Below, one piece after another: positions 1-9,843 of a stretch of DNA of 47,740 nucleotides. The notes under the pieces are model-generated. The model was not told the origin of the DNA, did no database searches, and was given only the letters and a program-made list of their open reading frames with translations. How positions within the stretch are numbered: the first letter of the stretch is position 1; each line of letters begins with the position of its first letter. Source of the DNA: Desulfurococcales archaeon. GTDB lineage: Archaea > Thermoproteota > Thermoprotei_A > Sulfolobales > Acidilobaceae. The stretch covers positions 1-47,740 of the forward strand of contig JALUZI010000235.1 in assembly GCA_027012045.1 (NCBI GenBank), in the 5' to 3' direction. A program made the position numbers and the translations under genes.

Positions 1-286
1 TTCCCTCTATTATCATGAAGTTGGTCTGGCGGGAAGCGATCCATGGGAGTGCACCATATCTTTCTGCGTCGAATCTTGGGCTCCACGTTGCGGCGAACTC
101 GCATCCGCAACAGCTGGTTGTGAGGTGAACTGGCCATAAGCTGAAGGCTGTTGCCCAGTCAACCATTTTCCCTAGTTTGGCCTTGTCCATTAGGAGTTCG
201 GCTGCTTTGTTAGCGGATATGTCGAGATTGCCGACGTAAGCTTTTCCTTTTTCTTCGGTCAAAGATGCTTTCACCTCCACATCCAT
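1..286 (-). CDS. nuoB: NADH-quinone oxidoreductase subunit B (NuoB, 20 kDa), N-terminal part; the gene runs off the window start
   Basis: My own minus-strand translation from the ATG at 286 gives MDVEVKASLTEEKGKAYVGNLD...WPVHLTTSCCGCEFAATWSPRFDAERYGALPWIASRQTNFMIIEG. It has the tandem-Cys Fe-S ligand motif and the SRQ..(M)IIEG segment typical of NuoB. It is missing from the ORF track because it is truncated. It overlaps the nuoA stop by 16 nt. Confidence 0.75.
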   Translation of the reverse strand, partial: MDVEVKASLTEEKGKAYVGNLDISANKAAELLMDKAKLGKMVDWATAFSLWPVHLTTSCCGCEFAATWSPRFDAERYGALPWIASRQTNFMIIEG

Positions 287-714
287 TCCCTGACCTTTCT
301 CGATTCATACACTGCATATGCTAGGAAGGGAATGTAGACTACGAGGAACACTGTGTAGAACTCGAGTGCAAGTAGGAGTTTTGTCGTGTTAAATATTATG
401 AATGAAAGTACGACTATGGGCTCTAGGGCGAGGAAGGCTATTAGGTATCCCAGGTACTGCATGGCTACCCGGGTTTTGGCTTCTCCTGACGGTGGGTTGG
501 AAGCTTCATACCTCAAATACTTGAATGGCTCTGTTTTCTCAACCAACGGGTGCTCTCTAACTATCTTCTTTATGAGGATTACAACTAGCCATAGAACTAT
601 GATTAGAACAGCGGGCAGTACCAGTAGTCCAGTAATCGCAGCTACCGTGGGGTCAGACAGTAATGCTGTTATGCTCATAAGCATCCCCTCTAGCCGTGAG
701 ATTAGCATGCCCAC
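271..714 (-). CDS. nuoA: NADH-quinone oxidoreductase subunit A-like membrane protein
   Basis: 147 aa with three hydrophobic helices. The central YEASNPPSGEAKTRVAMQYLGYLIAFLALEP resembles the NuoA/ND3 signature (YECG..P.G.AR...F...FYL.A..F...D.E). It lies directly upstream of nuoB. The exact start (M1/M3/M11) is uncertain. Confidence 0.6.
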   Translation of the reverse strand: MGMLISRLEGMLMSITALLSDPTVAAITGLLVLPAVLIIVLWLVVILIKKIVREHPLVEKTEPFKYLRYEASNPPSGEAKTRVAMQYLGYLIAFLALEPIVVLSFIIFNTTKLLLALEFYTVFLVVYIPFLAYAVYESRKVREWMWR

Positions 715-806
715 ATTTGTATATATAAACTTTAGTTAACTCTCTCTTATAGGAAAAGGGGAACGGTTAATTCTATGTTAAAAATATGGTTTAGAGGAAA
801 AGTGGT

Positions 807-3017
807 TTAGAAGCCTATTAGATCGTCCAGCTTGGGCGGGTGAGGCGGCAGTCCCTTCCTCTCTCTGATCTTCCTTATTAGCTCGTCTAACATTGAGTCA
901 GGTACTGGGCTCCATCTGCTGAATTCTGTGCCCCAGAACGCTCTTCCGGCTGTGACGCTTCTGAGTTCTGCGGCGAGATCAAATGTTTCGGCCACAGGTA
1001 TTTCTGCTATGATCCTAGCAACATGGCCCATGCTTATCACGTCCAGCATTTTACCCCTCCTTTTAGCCAGCACAGATGCTATTGTACTTACATAGTCCAT
1101 GGGTGTTCTGATATCTAGTTTCTGGATAGGCTCTAGTAGAGTGGGTTTGGCCGTTAGTATACCTGCGTAAATGGCGTTTCTAACTGCAGGGTATATCTGA
1201 GCTGGACCTCTGTGAGCTGGGTCTTCGTGTACCATAGCGTCGTGCAGTACCACTTTTACTCCTCTCACAGGCTCTGCTGCCAGAGGGCCTTCCTTCATTG
1301 CTAGCCTGTAGGCCTGTATTATAGTGTCCTGGACTTCTCTTAGGTGCTGTATACCTGATGTTTTATTCACTAGGATGTTCAGGTTCTCGTCGAAAGCCCA
1401 TATTCTCCTAGCTTCATCGTAGTCCCATCCTGCCTTGTCTCTCAGTATTTTCGCTCTCTCCTTGACGTCCTGGTCCTCACCTATGTCTCCACTCTGCATT
1501 AGTTTGATTGTTTCCTCGTTTAGAGGTTCAACTGATATGTAGAACCTGTTGTGTTTGTTGGGGCTCTTTCCTTCGAATACCTGGCTAGCTTTCCTTATGC
1601 TCTCACGGTAAACTACTATTGGAGGACTGGCCTCTACTTCAATACCGTAGTTTTCTTTGAGGAGTTGAAGTGTCACTTCTAGGTGAAGCGGCCCCATGCC
1701 TGATAGCAGGTACTCTCCTGTTTCCTCGTTGATTTTAACGACTAGGTTAGGATCTTCAATGCTCAGCCTCCTCAGTGCTTCAATCATCTTCGAAAGCTCC
1801 TGCGGTTTCTTGGGCTCGATCGCTATTGTAACCACCGGCTCGCTTACATAGTGCATCCTTTCGAAGGGAGCCGCCATATCCTTAGCTTCAATGTCGACCG
1901 CTGTTTCCCCGGCTCTTGCCTTATCTAATCCTAGAACCGCGGCAATGTTACCTGCTGTAACCTCTTTTGTTACTTCCCTATAGGGGCCCATGAATAGGCT
2001 TACCTGGAGAACCTTCTGCTGTATCCTGCTGTTAACTAGCCATAACTCTTTTCCAGGTCTAAGGGTTCCTGAGAAGACTCTTCCCGTTGCAACGAGGCCG
2101 GCGTGTGGGTCTATTCTTATATCGTTTATGAAGAACACTACTGGGCCCTCTGGATCTGCCTCTATCATGGCTTTTGCGAGCGGACTGTTGAGATCCCCTT
2201 TCCACAGTTTCTCTATTCTATACTTCTGTGCCTCCCTTGGGTTAGGAACGAACCTTACTACCATGTCTAGTAGCGTCTCGTGCAGTGGAACCTTCTTTGA
2301 CAGCTCGGCAACGCCCTCCTTCCCTTTGTTATACGCTTCAATGACGTCTGCGAACGTTATCTTCTTCTGCTGGGCCATGGGTATTGTGAAACCCCATTTA
2401 TCCCTGGCTGAGCCGAAGGCTACTGTTCCATCAGCCGGATTAAGCTTCCATTTGCTCTTGAACTGCGGTTCTGCGTACAGATCTATTAAATTGTTCACTT
2501 CTCTGATGACCTCAACGAATCTCTGCTGTATTTGCTGGGGGGTGTACCTAAGCTCTTTGATGAGCCTGTCAACCTTGTTTATGAAGAGGAGTGGCCTCAC
2601 TCTTTCTTCGAGGGACTGGCGTATAACTGTTTCGGTCTGAGTCATAACTCCTTCTACAGCGTCGACTACTACAATTGCCCCGTCTAGGACTCTGAGGCTT
2701 CTAGTAACTTTGCCACTGAAATCCACGTGTCCAGGCGTGTCTATCAGGTTTATAATGTAGGGCTTACCTTTGTATTCGTGGTATAAGCTGACGTTAGCCG
2801 ATTTAACTGTTATACCTCTCTGCTTTTCTACACTCAAATAGTCAAGTGCCAAAGCTTCTCCTGCTATTCTCTCTGAGATCATTCCGGCTGCAGCGAGCAG
2901 TGAGTCGCTAGTGGTTGTTTTCCCGTGGTCGACGTGGGCTATTATCCCTATGTTCCTGACATGCTCTAGGTCTCTCATGATTTTCTCTATTTCAGATACC
3001 ATTTTGAAACGGGCCAT
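807..3017 (-). CDS. fusA: Translation elongation factor 2 (aEF-2)
   Basis: 736 aa. G motifs [17 protein letters not shown] and NKVDR are present, as is the diphthamide-loop HEDPAHRG near the C-terminus. Confidence 0.97.
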   Translation of the reverse strand: MARFKMVSEIEKIMRDLEHVRNIGIIAHVDHGKTTTSDSLLAAAGMISERIAGEALALDYLSVEKQRGITVKSANVSLYHEYKGKPYIINLIDTPGHVDFSGKVTRSLRVLDGAIVVVDAVEGVMTQTETVIRQSLEERVRPLLFINKVDRLIKELRYTPQQIQQRFVEVIREVNNLIDLYAEPQFKSKWKLNPADGTVAFGSARDKWGFTIPMAQQKKITFADVIEAYNKGKEGVAELSKKVPLHETLLDMVVRFVPNPREAQKYRIEKLWKGDLNSPLAKAMIEADPEGPVVFFINDIRIDPHAGLVATGRVFSGTLRPGKELWLVNSRIQQKVLQVSLFMGPYREVTKEVTAGNIAAVLGLDKARAGETAVDIEAKDMAAPFERMHYVSEPVVTIAIEPKKPQELSKMIEALRRLSIEDPNLVVKINEETGEYLLSGMGPLHLEVTLQLLKENYGIEVEASPPIVVYRESIRKASQVFEGKSPNKHNRFYISVEPLNEETIKLMQSGDIGEDQDVKERAKILRDKAGWDYDEARRIWAFDENLNILVNKTSGIQHLREVQDTIIQAYRLAMKEGPLAAEPVRGVKVVLHDAMVHEDPAHRGPAQIYPAVRNAIYAGILTAKPTLLEPIQKLDIRTPMDYVSTIASVLAKRRGKMLDVISMGHVARIIAEIPVAETFDLAAELRSVTAGRAFWGTEFSRWSPVPDSMLDELIRKIRERKGLPPHPPKLDDLIGF

Positions 3018-3107
3018 TTTCTTACACCCACTATATACACATCGTTTTGGGTGGATTCCCTGTCGGGGGTTTTAAATAATGACTTAGCCTTGTACCTGAA
3101 TTGTCTT

Positions 3108-3818
3108 CTAGGAGAAATCGTCAAGATGATAGGTTCTACCTCTGCGTTTCTCGTATTTCATGTGCAATATCTTGTAAATTTCTACTGCCCTCTTCTCACC
3201 TATGCCCGGCACATTTGCTAGCTCTGAGATTGAGGCGTTCACTATTTTCTCTATGCTACCAAAATGCTCCAATAGCCTAGAGGCTAGTTTTGGACCTATA
3301 TTAGGTAGGGATTGAGCTATGTACAACTGCCATTCCCTGGGATCTGATAGTTTGGGTTTCCTGTGAACCACTATGAACTGGCCTTTACTTGAATGAACCT
3401 TCTTTGCTATATAGTATATCAGATCTGCAGTATCGCTAGGGCCTCTGGTGGTCACTACTCGTATTCCGTAATTGACTAGGAGAGATGCTAGTGAAGAATT
3501 GAATTTATATCTGTCTTTATACGGGGCAAAACCCCCCTCTATTACCAGTATAGGAAAGCTATAAGCAGAGGACATGCGGTATGCTTGGTCGAATAAACGT
3601 CCATCATATATGCTCTTCATATAATCTGTGATGCTTTTCCTTTCTATTACGATCTCACCGGAGATTAGGTAATCTCCCACATCCAGCCTCTTATATACTA
3701 CCAACAACTTTTTCTCTAACAATAAAGCAACAGGGCTGCCCTTTTCCCTGGTATCAATGTAGACTCTTGCTTTCTCTTCGTTTCCTCCATTCAATACAGA
3801 ATTCACCGAAGAATTCAA
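3108..3818 (-). CDS. xpf: Short-form XPF/ERCC4 structure-specific endonuclease (nuclease domain plus tandem HhH)
   Basis: ERCC4 signature VGDYLISGEIVIERKSITD. C-terminal (HhH)2: LPNIGPKLASRLL and VPGIGEKRAVEI. There is no helicase domain, which is the crenarchaeal type. The start is uncertain: TTG at 3818, GTG at 3806 or TTG at 3794, all overlapping the upstream DHH gene. Confidence 0.85.
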   Translation of the reverse strand: MNSSVNSVLNGGNEEKARVYIDTREKGSPVALLLEKKLLVVYKRLDVGDYLISGEIVIERKSITDYMKSIYDGRLFDQAYRMSSAYSFPILVIEGGFAPYKDRYKFNSSLASLLVNYGIRVVTTRGPSDTADLIYYIAKKVHSSKGQFIVVHRKPKLSDPREWQLYIAQSLPNIGPKLASRLLEHFGSIEKIVNASISELANVPGIGEKRAVEIYKILHMKYEKRRGRTYHLDDFS

Positions 3819-4818
3819 GGAGAGTTTTCACTTTTTTATCCCTACTCTTCGTACTCCAAGGTATTGAACCTTCGAAGAGAGCACTACTGAAATGACCTCC
3901 TCCGCTTCCCGTACCACCGAATTTCTCGGAGAGCCATAAAGCGAATTCAGACACATCTATAGTTTCACTCCTTGATCTCAACGCTATTCTAGTGTAATCC
4001 TTTTTATCTGAAAGCACTATCGCAACGTCAGCCCCTATGTTTACAAGCGTTCTAGCTACGGCGGATTCAAAGGATCCCACATGTGTACCTGCTACTAGAA
4101 GGCCGCATATTTCATTCAATATAAGCCTTTGGCAAGCCTTTAATAGCGCCATTCTCTGGCTCTTGTCAGCCTCTTTCTCCAATAAGGAAAGGGCGCTGGC
4201 GTAGTCTCCTCCAGCTCTTTGTAATATGGACATTGCATAGAAGGTATGGGGTCCCGTTTTTTGGAATCTCCTAGTGTCGTAGATTATACCTGACATTAGA
4301 AGTGTGGCGAGGCAACTTGTTTTTGTAGAGCTTGATACTTCCTCGGTGAGTGAGGATTGGATGATGTAGGTCACTATTTCAGCTGTAGAAGAGTAGTCTT
4401 CTCCCCCAATGTATAGTGTTGCTCGGTCTTTAAGGGTTCCAGTCCTATGGTGATCAATTACTATAACGTTCGAAGGGTCTTCCAAGTATTTATTGAAACA
4501 ATCAAGCTGTGTGGGGTTTGCTGTGTCTAAAATTATTAGTGAATAATTAGTGATACTATTCCTTGTACATTCTTGTTTATATGTTATCCTAGTCCCTATG
4601 CAGGTTTCCGCTACTTCTAATAGTCTTCTGGATACCGTCGACATACCCTGAGGAAAGCAGAGGTAAATGTTTCTATCCACAGGTAGTAGCTGCTTGAGTA
4701 TAAAATAGAGGGCTATGGCGGATGAGACGGCGTCAGGATCGGCGTTTTTATGCGTTACTAAACAAATGTTAGATTCACTTATCTTGGAGACCAATTCTCT
4801 AATTGTTACATTCACCAT
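3754..4818 (-). CDS. DHH/DHHA1 family phosphoesterase (NrnA-like, catalytic motifs intact)
   Basis: Motif I HKNADPDAVSS, motif II IILDTANP, motif III VIDHHRTG, motif IV GIIYDTRRF, DHHA1 motif GSGGGHFSSA. Confidence 0.8.
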   Translation of the reverse strand: MVNVTIRELVSKISESNICLVTHKNADPDAVSSAIALYFILKQLLPVDRNIYLCFPQGMSTVSRRLLEVAETCIGTRITYKQECTRNSITNYSLIILDTANPTQLDCFNKYLEDPSNVIVIDHHRTGTLKDRATLYIGGEDYSSTAEIVTYIIQSSLTEEVSSSTKTSCLATLLMSGIIYDTRRFQKTGPHTFYAMSILQRAGGDYASALSLLEKEADKSQRMALLKACQRLILNEICGLLVAGTHVGSFESAVARTLVNIGADVAIVLSDKKDYTRIALRSRSETIDVSEFALWLSEKFGGTGSGGGHFSSALFEGSIPWSTKSRDKKVKTLLEFFGEFCIEWRKRRESKSLH

Positions 4819-5107
4819 TTTCCAAGATCTCCTCGAACTCTGCTCTCAATTTATCTATCAGCCGAGCTAAGATTTCATCATAGCTGGGTGTGACTGGGCG
4901 ACTACCGTCTGCGCTTACTGATAGTTTAAGATTGAGTGCTGTGTCATTATCAGGTATATCAGCGTCTAAGACTATGTCTAGTTTCTCGAGTTTTCTATAT
5001 GGTTGTTCTTTGAGTATCTCTTGAAGACGGGTTTGAAGCTTTTCTAGTATGCATGAAAGTTTTTCTTCGTCTATTTCCAACTCGAGAACCCTCTTAGGGT
5101 TGTTCAC
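4799..5107 (-). CDS. Small acidic conserved-context hypothetical protein
   Basis: A 102-aa ORF in the same-strand run between prefoldin beta and the DHH gene, overlapping the latter by 20 nt. It is rich in E, D and L and has no motif I can recognise. Confidence 0.5.
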   Translation of the reverse strand: MNNPKRVLELEIDEEKLSCILEKLQTRLQEILKEQPYRKLEKLDIVLDADIPDNDTALNLKLSVSADGSRPVTPSYDEILARLIDKLRAEFEEILENGECNN

Positions 5108-5181
5108 TGTTGCCCGTAAAATCTGCTTTGGAAAACCACTGGTTTAAGTGGAATTAAAAATAGTTTAATATACTTTCCCGT

Positions 5182-5553
5182 TTACTTGGCTAGTGTCTGG
5201 TACTGCTTCGCTAGTAGAGCTTTCAGCTTTTCTTCAGTTTCTTTGAGTTCAGCGGTGTATTTCTCTTCCTGCTTCTTGAACTTCTCGAGTCTTGCCTCCA
5301 GTATTTCTAGCTTCTCCTTGGCTTCTGATAGAACATCATCTTTCTTCCTTTTTGCAAGAACTCCTCCGATAGCCTCGTACACATAGTCGTCTTCTACCTT
5401 GTTTTCGAGGACGTCTATCAGTCTTTTCAGCTCTTCTATTTCAGCTTCTGTCGCCATTTTTTGCTGCAGCAAAGTGGAAACAAAATCCCTTAACTGGTTG
5501 TATCTAACGGCAAGCGACTGGACTTCCGGTGGAACCTGTTCTGCCATCTGCAT
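5182..5553 (-). CDS. pfdB: Prefoldin beta subunit
   Basis: 123 aa with a coiled-coil/beta-hairpin/coiled-coil layout: N-terminal QQLRDFV..LLQQK, central VYEAIGGVLAKRKKDD, C-terminal coiled coil. The position in the superoperon is conserved. Confidence 0.85.
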   Translation of the reverse strand: MQMAEQVPPEVQSLAVRYNQLRDFVSTLLQQKMATEAEIEELKRLIDVLENKVEDDYVYEAIGGVLAKRKKDDVLSEAKEKLEILEARLEKFKKQEEKYTAELKETEEKLKALLAKQYQTLAK

Positions 5554-5586
5554 TGCACCCAGGGTTAACGCTGTGGCGGGATAGTA

Positions 5587-5835
5587 TTAAAGGTTAGCCT
5601 CGTGGACATCAAATATTATTTTTAGCAGGTTGATATAAGAGGACAGCATTGCCTCTGTGTTGCTTAGTTTATCTGATTCTAGGCGAATAGTAATCCTATT
5701 ATTGTCGCAGTATAGGTCTACTTTGCCGCGTGACAATTTTTCCTCTTCTCCGACTTCAGGCTCGAGAGATTTACAGGTTATGTCAAGTAATTTGGGTTCC
5801 ATTTCTTCAACTGTTATCGTCACTGACAACTTCAA
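5587..5835 (-). CDS. pcc1: KEOPS subunit Pcc1-family protein
   Basis: 82 aa. The C-terminal ITIRLESDKLSNTEAMLSSYINLLKIIFDV matches the Pcc1/CTAG pattern (..i.a.d...LR...nsylr.l....dv). It sits at the conserved position between Brix and prefoldin beta. Confidence 0.6.
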   Translation of the reverse strand: MKLSVTITVEEMEPKLLDITCKSLEPEVGEEEKLSRGKVDLYCDNNRITIRLESDKLSNTEAMLSSYINLLKIIFDVHEANL

Positions 5836-6352
5836 TTCTACGCACCCTTATTATAGGTCCCACTAGATTCCCTCTCCCATCGTGGAATGAAACAGTTTTA
5901 ACGTCATTGACGACGGATATCCTAATACGCCTAACATTTGAATCAACATTGGCTTTACAGAACCTATAACCAGTTACCTCTGATACGATGCCTGTAAGAG
6001 CATAAACATCTTCATCACCGCCGAATGATATGCAGTACTCTCCATTATACGTAGAAGGCTTAGAGCGGGCTTTCTCTCTGTAGAGCGTTACGCCACGTAG
6101 TAGTATACGATACTTCTCGTCAAGCCCTGACTTAGGAATGTCTGGTTTGAATATTTTTAACATACTAGGATTGCCTTTCTTCTCATACACAATTATTAGC
6201 CATTTAGCCCTTTTTGATATAGAAATGTCATATAGGTCTAGTAACGTGGCTTTGCCCCTGTTAACCTTCACAAGCACGGGAAGAATGGTAACTAATTCAT
6301 TGACAAAGCTTCGGGTTCTGTTACCTGGTTCCCTAGAAGTAGTTATGACCAC
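5807..6352 (-). CDS. Brix-domain (Imp4-like) ribosome biogenesis protein
   Basis: The N-terminal VITTSREPGNRTRSFVNEL is the Brix hallmark. 181 aa. It is adjacent to L37Ae, as in other archaea. Confidence 0.8.
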   Translation of the reverse strand: MVITTSREPGNRTRSFVNELVTILPVLVKVNRGKATLLDLYDISISKRAKWLIIVYEKKGNPSMLKIFKPDIPKSGLDEKYRILLRGVTLYREKARSKPSTYNGEYCISFGGDEDVYALTGIVSEVTGYRFCKANVDSNVRRIRISVVNDVKTVSFHDGRGNLVGPIIRVRRIEVVSDDNS

Positions 6353-6424
6353 GGTTATACTGGTTCACCTATTCACTGGTGCTCGAACAAAAATTAAGGT
6401 GATGTGATAAATGATACCATACCA

Positions 6425-6709
6425 TTACTTGGATAAAAACTCGTCCTTGTCTAAGACCATTATCTGCGGGTACGTGGTGCTGAGGCCTGTGTTAGGTACG
6501 TATGCCCCTCCAGCCCATGTTGCACCGCATTTCCTGCATTTCCATATACCTGTCGAGACTCGGTATACAGTGCCTACGGACCCGCATACAGGGCATTTAT
6601 GCGGTGCATATCGCCTCTCTAAGATTTTCTTGACTCTCTTCCTAAGAGTTGATCCGTACCTAGGGCCGTAGCGTCCTACTATACCTACTATCTTCGTTCT
6701 TCTCGCCAT
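6425..6709 (-). CDS. rpl37ae: 50S ribosomal protein L37Ae (eL43)
   Basis: MARRTKIVGIVGRYGPRYG... plus a zinc ribbon CPVCGS..(n)..CRKCG. Confidence 0.95.
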   Translation of the reverse strand: MARRTKIVGIVGRYGPRYGSTLRKRVKKILERRYAPHKCPVCGSVGTVYRVSTGIWKCRKCGATWAGGAYVPNTGLSTTYPQIMVLDKDEFLSK

Positions 6710-6712
6710 GGC

Positions 6713-7558
6713 TCACCTACCTTCATTACCCTCATTGTTTACGGCGGCGTCAACTGCATTAAAATATTTTGGAGCCACTGATAGGGCAAGCTCCATCGCG
6801 TTGTTTATCTCGTCTATCGTCATTCCTCCCTGGCCCATTTTTTGGATACCCGCTATTCTCCCATCTCTGCTTACTGCGAAAGCTATCCGGGAATCCGCTA
6901 CTACTTCCTCGTCTAGGCTAGGGTCTACTATGAGGTGGTCTCCTATTTTCGCTATATGTACATAGACTGCTTCTTCCTTCAAGGGGAGCGTTCCACTGGT
7001 TGCTTCCTTGTCGACTACAACATTATCTCCTTCTACTTTGAATCCCGGTATCCTAGTTGTTTTGAGGGCGGCAAGTGATGCTATCATAGAGGCATCTAGT
7101 AAGTTTCCGTCATGGTCAATGATGTAGAGGTCAACCCATACTATCCATACCTTTTTGCCCGGTATGATAGATAGTTTCTCTAGTTCAACCGCACCTAGTT
7201 CTCTGTAGCTTCTGTCTATCACTCTAGAGAGTTCTATGGCGTTTTCATCGGGAGGCCCCGGCTCGAAGGATGGGGATGCCAGTGGAACGAATTCAGCGTG
7301 AACTGTGAATACTCCTAAATCCGGCATGTCTCGGAATGGTTCTCCTACTTCTAGTTTAACACCTGCAATAACCTTGGTTTTTCCGAGTTCAACGTATGCT
7401 GATCCTTCTGCTTTGTCCAGGTAGTGTGTTACTATTTTCACAGGCCTAGGCTCCTCAGGCCTCCTCCCGTCTATTCTTAGCCCTTTCTCTATTAGGGATA
7501 GGATCATGTTCTTCTTTAACTGGGGAACGATCGGTATCCTGAACGGTGTGAACGACAT
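6713..7558 (-). CDS. rrp42: Exosome complex component Rrp42 (inactive RNase PH-like subunit)
   Basis: RNase PH fold motifs [13 protein letters not shown] and GSAYVELGKTKVIAGV. I place the start at the ATG at 7558 (MSFTPFRIP...), 8 nt after the rrp41 stop codon, rather than at the track start of 7636, which would overlap rrp41. Confidence 0.9.
   Translation of the reverse strand: MSFTPFRIPIVPQLKKNMILSLIEKGLRIDGRRPEEPRPVKIVTHYLDKAEGSAYVELGKTKVIAGVKLEVGEPFRDMPDLGVFTVHAEFVPLASPSFEPGPPDENAIELSRVIDRSYRELGAVELEKLSIIPGKKVWIVWVDLYIIDHDGNLLDASMIASLAALKTTRIPGFKVEGDNVVVDKEATSGTLPLKEEAVYVHIAKIGDHLIVDPSLDEEVVADSRIAFAVSRDGRIAGIQKMGQGGMTIDEINNAMELALSVAPKYFNAVDAAVNNEGNEGR
7442..7473. repeat. 32-nt exact repeat, copy in rrp42
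   Basis: aggcctaggctcctcaggcctcctcccgtcta is identical to 8220..8251. On the minus strand it encodes [10 protein letters not shown]. Confidence 0.95.
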
Positions 7559-7568
7559 TTCTTTCACC

Positions 7569-8300
7569 TCAGCTTTGAAGTACTTTAGAGTATTTCTCCA
7601 GGAGGGTCTTCCTCTGCATTTCGCTGATGGCTTCAAGGGTCTTCCTGGCCATGTCCATGGCTTTCACGAATTCTTCTTTGCTGAGAACACCGTTTAGCTG
7701 GAGTAGCACTACTTTACCCAGCCTAGTAGCCATGGCTACTGGCATATCGGCTTCCCCATACATATCTTCAACCTCATCGATATCCACAACCAGTTTTCCA
7801 TTAACTTTGCCTATAGCAACACCAGATACTAAATCTCTCATAGCTATCCCCGCATCGGCAAGAGCCAGGGATGCAGCTGTTACACCGGTAGTTCTTGTCC
7901 CTCCATCCGCTTGGAGGACTTCTATGAAAAGGTCAATCATAGTTCTCGGGTATAGCTCGGTCATCACCACTGGCTCCAGGGCTTCCCTGATAACTTTGGA
8001 GAGCTCTATCTCTCTCCTAGATGGCGCGGGACTTTTCCTTTCCCCTGTAGAGAATGGGGCCATATGATATCTTACCCGGAGTATAGCTCTATCCGGTAGA
8101 ACCATGTATTTCTGGATGGGCTCTCTAGGACCGTATACGGCAGCGAGAACCCTTGTTTTACCAAAAGACACTAGAGCCGAGCCATCAGCGTTCTCAAGTA
8201 CCCCTACTTCCATGTGTATAGGCCTAGGCTCCTCAGGCCTCCTCCCGTCTAGCCTGGTTCCATCCTCTTTTATTAACTGCGGTTTTTCACCATATTTCAA
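7569..8300 (-). CDS. rrp41: Exosome complex exonuclease Rrp41 (RNase PH-type catalytic subunit)
   Basis: [33 protein letters not shown], and the phosphate-binding segment QADGGTRT. Confidence 0.93.
   Translation of the reverse strand: MKYGEKPQLIKEDGTRLDGRRPEEPRPIHMEVGVLENADGSALVSFGKTRVLAAVYGPREPIQKYMVLPDRAILRVRYHMAPFSTGERKSPAPSRREIELSKVIREALEPVVMTELYPRTMIDLFIEVLQADGGTRTTGVTAASLALADAGIAMRDLVSGVAIGKVNGKLVVDIDEVEDMYGEADMPVAMATRLGKVVLLQLNGVLSKEEFVKAMDMARKTLEAISEMQRKTLLEKYSKVLQS
8220..8251. repeat. 32-nt exact repeat, copy in rrp41
   Basis: Identical to 7442..7473. It encodes [10 protein letters not shown] of Rrp41. Confidence 0.95.
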
Positions 8301-8316
8301 GGCAAGACTACACCTC

Positions 8317-9018
8317 CTAACTGTTAGACAACTTGTCTTTTAGGAACGTTCTAACCCGGTCCGTTAGACCTGAAGTATGGGCTTCAGCCTCGATTTTCTT
8401 TATGGCCAATGTGACAATATCTTCGATATGCGGGTTGTCACAGTTTATGTGTATCCTCCCGTTTACACCTACTGTTATATCACATCCAGATTCTTCCATG
8501 AGCATGTTGATCATACTCCTCTTCTTACCGATTACCCGGGGGATCCTACTGGGTTTTATCTCTATTACTTTCCCTTTGACTATTTTACCGAATTTCTCGC
8601 TTCCTTTGAGGGTTATGAACGGACTTCTAAACCTGTCGAAGGAGCTTATCTTACCTATAACATAGTCTCCCTCGACCAGGTAGAGTGACAGTGACTCGCT
8701 TGCAGGGTTGAACGGCCTATTTAGAAACTCTTGGGCAGTTAACACCGCGTTGTACGGCGCGTTTATATCTATGGTCCAATACGATAAGCCTACGTTCACA
8801 ACTATTCCTATGACTATATCACCGGGCTTTGGGATGTAAACGTTTTCTAGTGGTATGTATATTTTCTTTTCTTCAGTAACTTCCAGTACCCCGGGTAGAG
8901 CAGCATATACCTCGTCTCCCAGCTTGTATGTAGCATAGTTCCTACCTAATCCCCTGACTTCAAGGTTCGGCCCGTCAAGCTTGTCTCCTGGTAGAACTAT
9001 TATCTTTTCCTCAGCCAT
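8317..9018 (-). CDS. rrp4: Exosome RNA-binding subunit Rrp4 (N-terminal domain plus S1 plus KH)
   Basis: S1-like core [26 protein letters not shown] segment [30 protein letters not shown]. Conserved position upstream of rrp41. Confidence 0.9.
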   Translation of the reverse strand: MAEEKIIVLPGDKLDGPNLEVRGLGRNYATYKLGDEVYAALPGVLEVTEEKKIYIPLENVYIPKPGDIVIGIVVNVGLSYWTIDINAPYNAVLTAQEFLNRPFNPASESLSLYLVEGDYVIGKISSFDRFRSPFITLKGSEKFGKIVKGKVIEIKPSRIPRVIGKKRSMINMLMEESGCDITVGVNGRIHINCDNPHIEDIVTLAIKKIEAEAHTSGLTDRVRTFLKDKLSNS

Positions 9019-9022
9019 TTTC

Positions 9023-9721
9023 TCAGTCCACCACTTTTATCTGAACTTGTGCTCTGCCTTTAGTTAATCTGTTTACCTCGTTAATAACATCATTCTGTGC
9101 ACCTGCAGGTATCTCTATCTCTGCAACAAGGCTACCATCGTTCCTCCAGTCAGTCTTCTTTAACTCGCCCAATCTGCTTAGCTCGCTGTAAGCCCTACCC
9201 GAGAATTCTGGGGGGATGACTACTCTAATTATGGCTCTAGCGAGCTTTATTGGTATAACCCTGGCTATACGTTTGACAGCCTCTACCGCCTGGGCCTCTG
9301 CCGATTTATTTAGGTCAACACTTATGCGGAGTTCGTCAAACAGGTTTTCTATTCTTTTAACCGGTATAGGCAGCTTCGTCTTGGGGTCGACGGCGTTTTT
9401 AGCTATGTAGTTAATGATCTGTCGTTTCTTGGCCTCTAACAATTGTCTCCGCTGTGCAGCGGTTAGCTGTAACTCTCCTTGCTTGATTATGATATCAGCT
9501 ATTTTCTTTATATCCTCCGTACCAAAGGTTTTCCTTACGGACTCGGGGCTTGCTTTGAGGCCTTTTCTAGCGTCACGGTAGACGGTGTCACTCACTAACA
9601 GGTCGTCCCAGTTAACCTTCTCACCGTTTTTATACTTGAACGCCAGATCCGGATTCACGAGTATCTCGAATCTATGGCCTCCTAATTCTATTTTAGCTAT
9701 AACGTATTCGTGGCTACTCAA
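9023..9721 (-). CDS. sdo1: SBDS-family ribosome maturation protein (Sdo1)
   Basis: 232 aa. N-terminal FYSH-like IAKIELGGHRFEILVNPDLAFKYK. Conserved position between psmA and rrp4. Confidence 0.85.
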   Translation of the reverse strand: MSSHEYVIAKIELGGHRFEILVNPDLAFKYKNGEKVNWDDLLVSDTVYRDARKGLKASPESVRKTFGTEDIKKIADIIIKQGELQLTAAQRRQLLEAKKRQIINYIAKNAVDPKTKLPIPVKRIENLFDELRISVDLNKSAEAQAVEAVKRIARVIPIKLARAIIRVVIPPEFSGRAYSELSRLGELKKTDWRNDGSLVAEIEIPAGAQNDVINEVNRLTKGRAQVQIKVVD

Positions 9722-9776
9722 TGTTTTTCACCTAACCTGGGTAACTCTACGTCATCACATTATTTTGAATCTGTAT

Positions 9777-9801
9777 GGATACCCGATTAAAATGGGTATC
9801 C
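9777..9801. other. Perfect 8-bp inverted repeat (hairpin) in the psmA-sdo1 spacer
   Basis: GGATACCC-gattaaaat-GGGTATCC. Confidence 0.6.
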
Positions 9802-9843
9802 TTGAAATTTACGAGGAGAATTGTAGGTTTAACAGAGCTCCGA

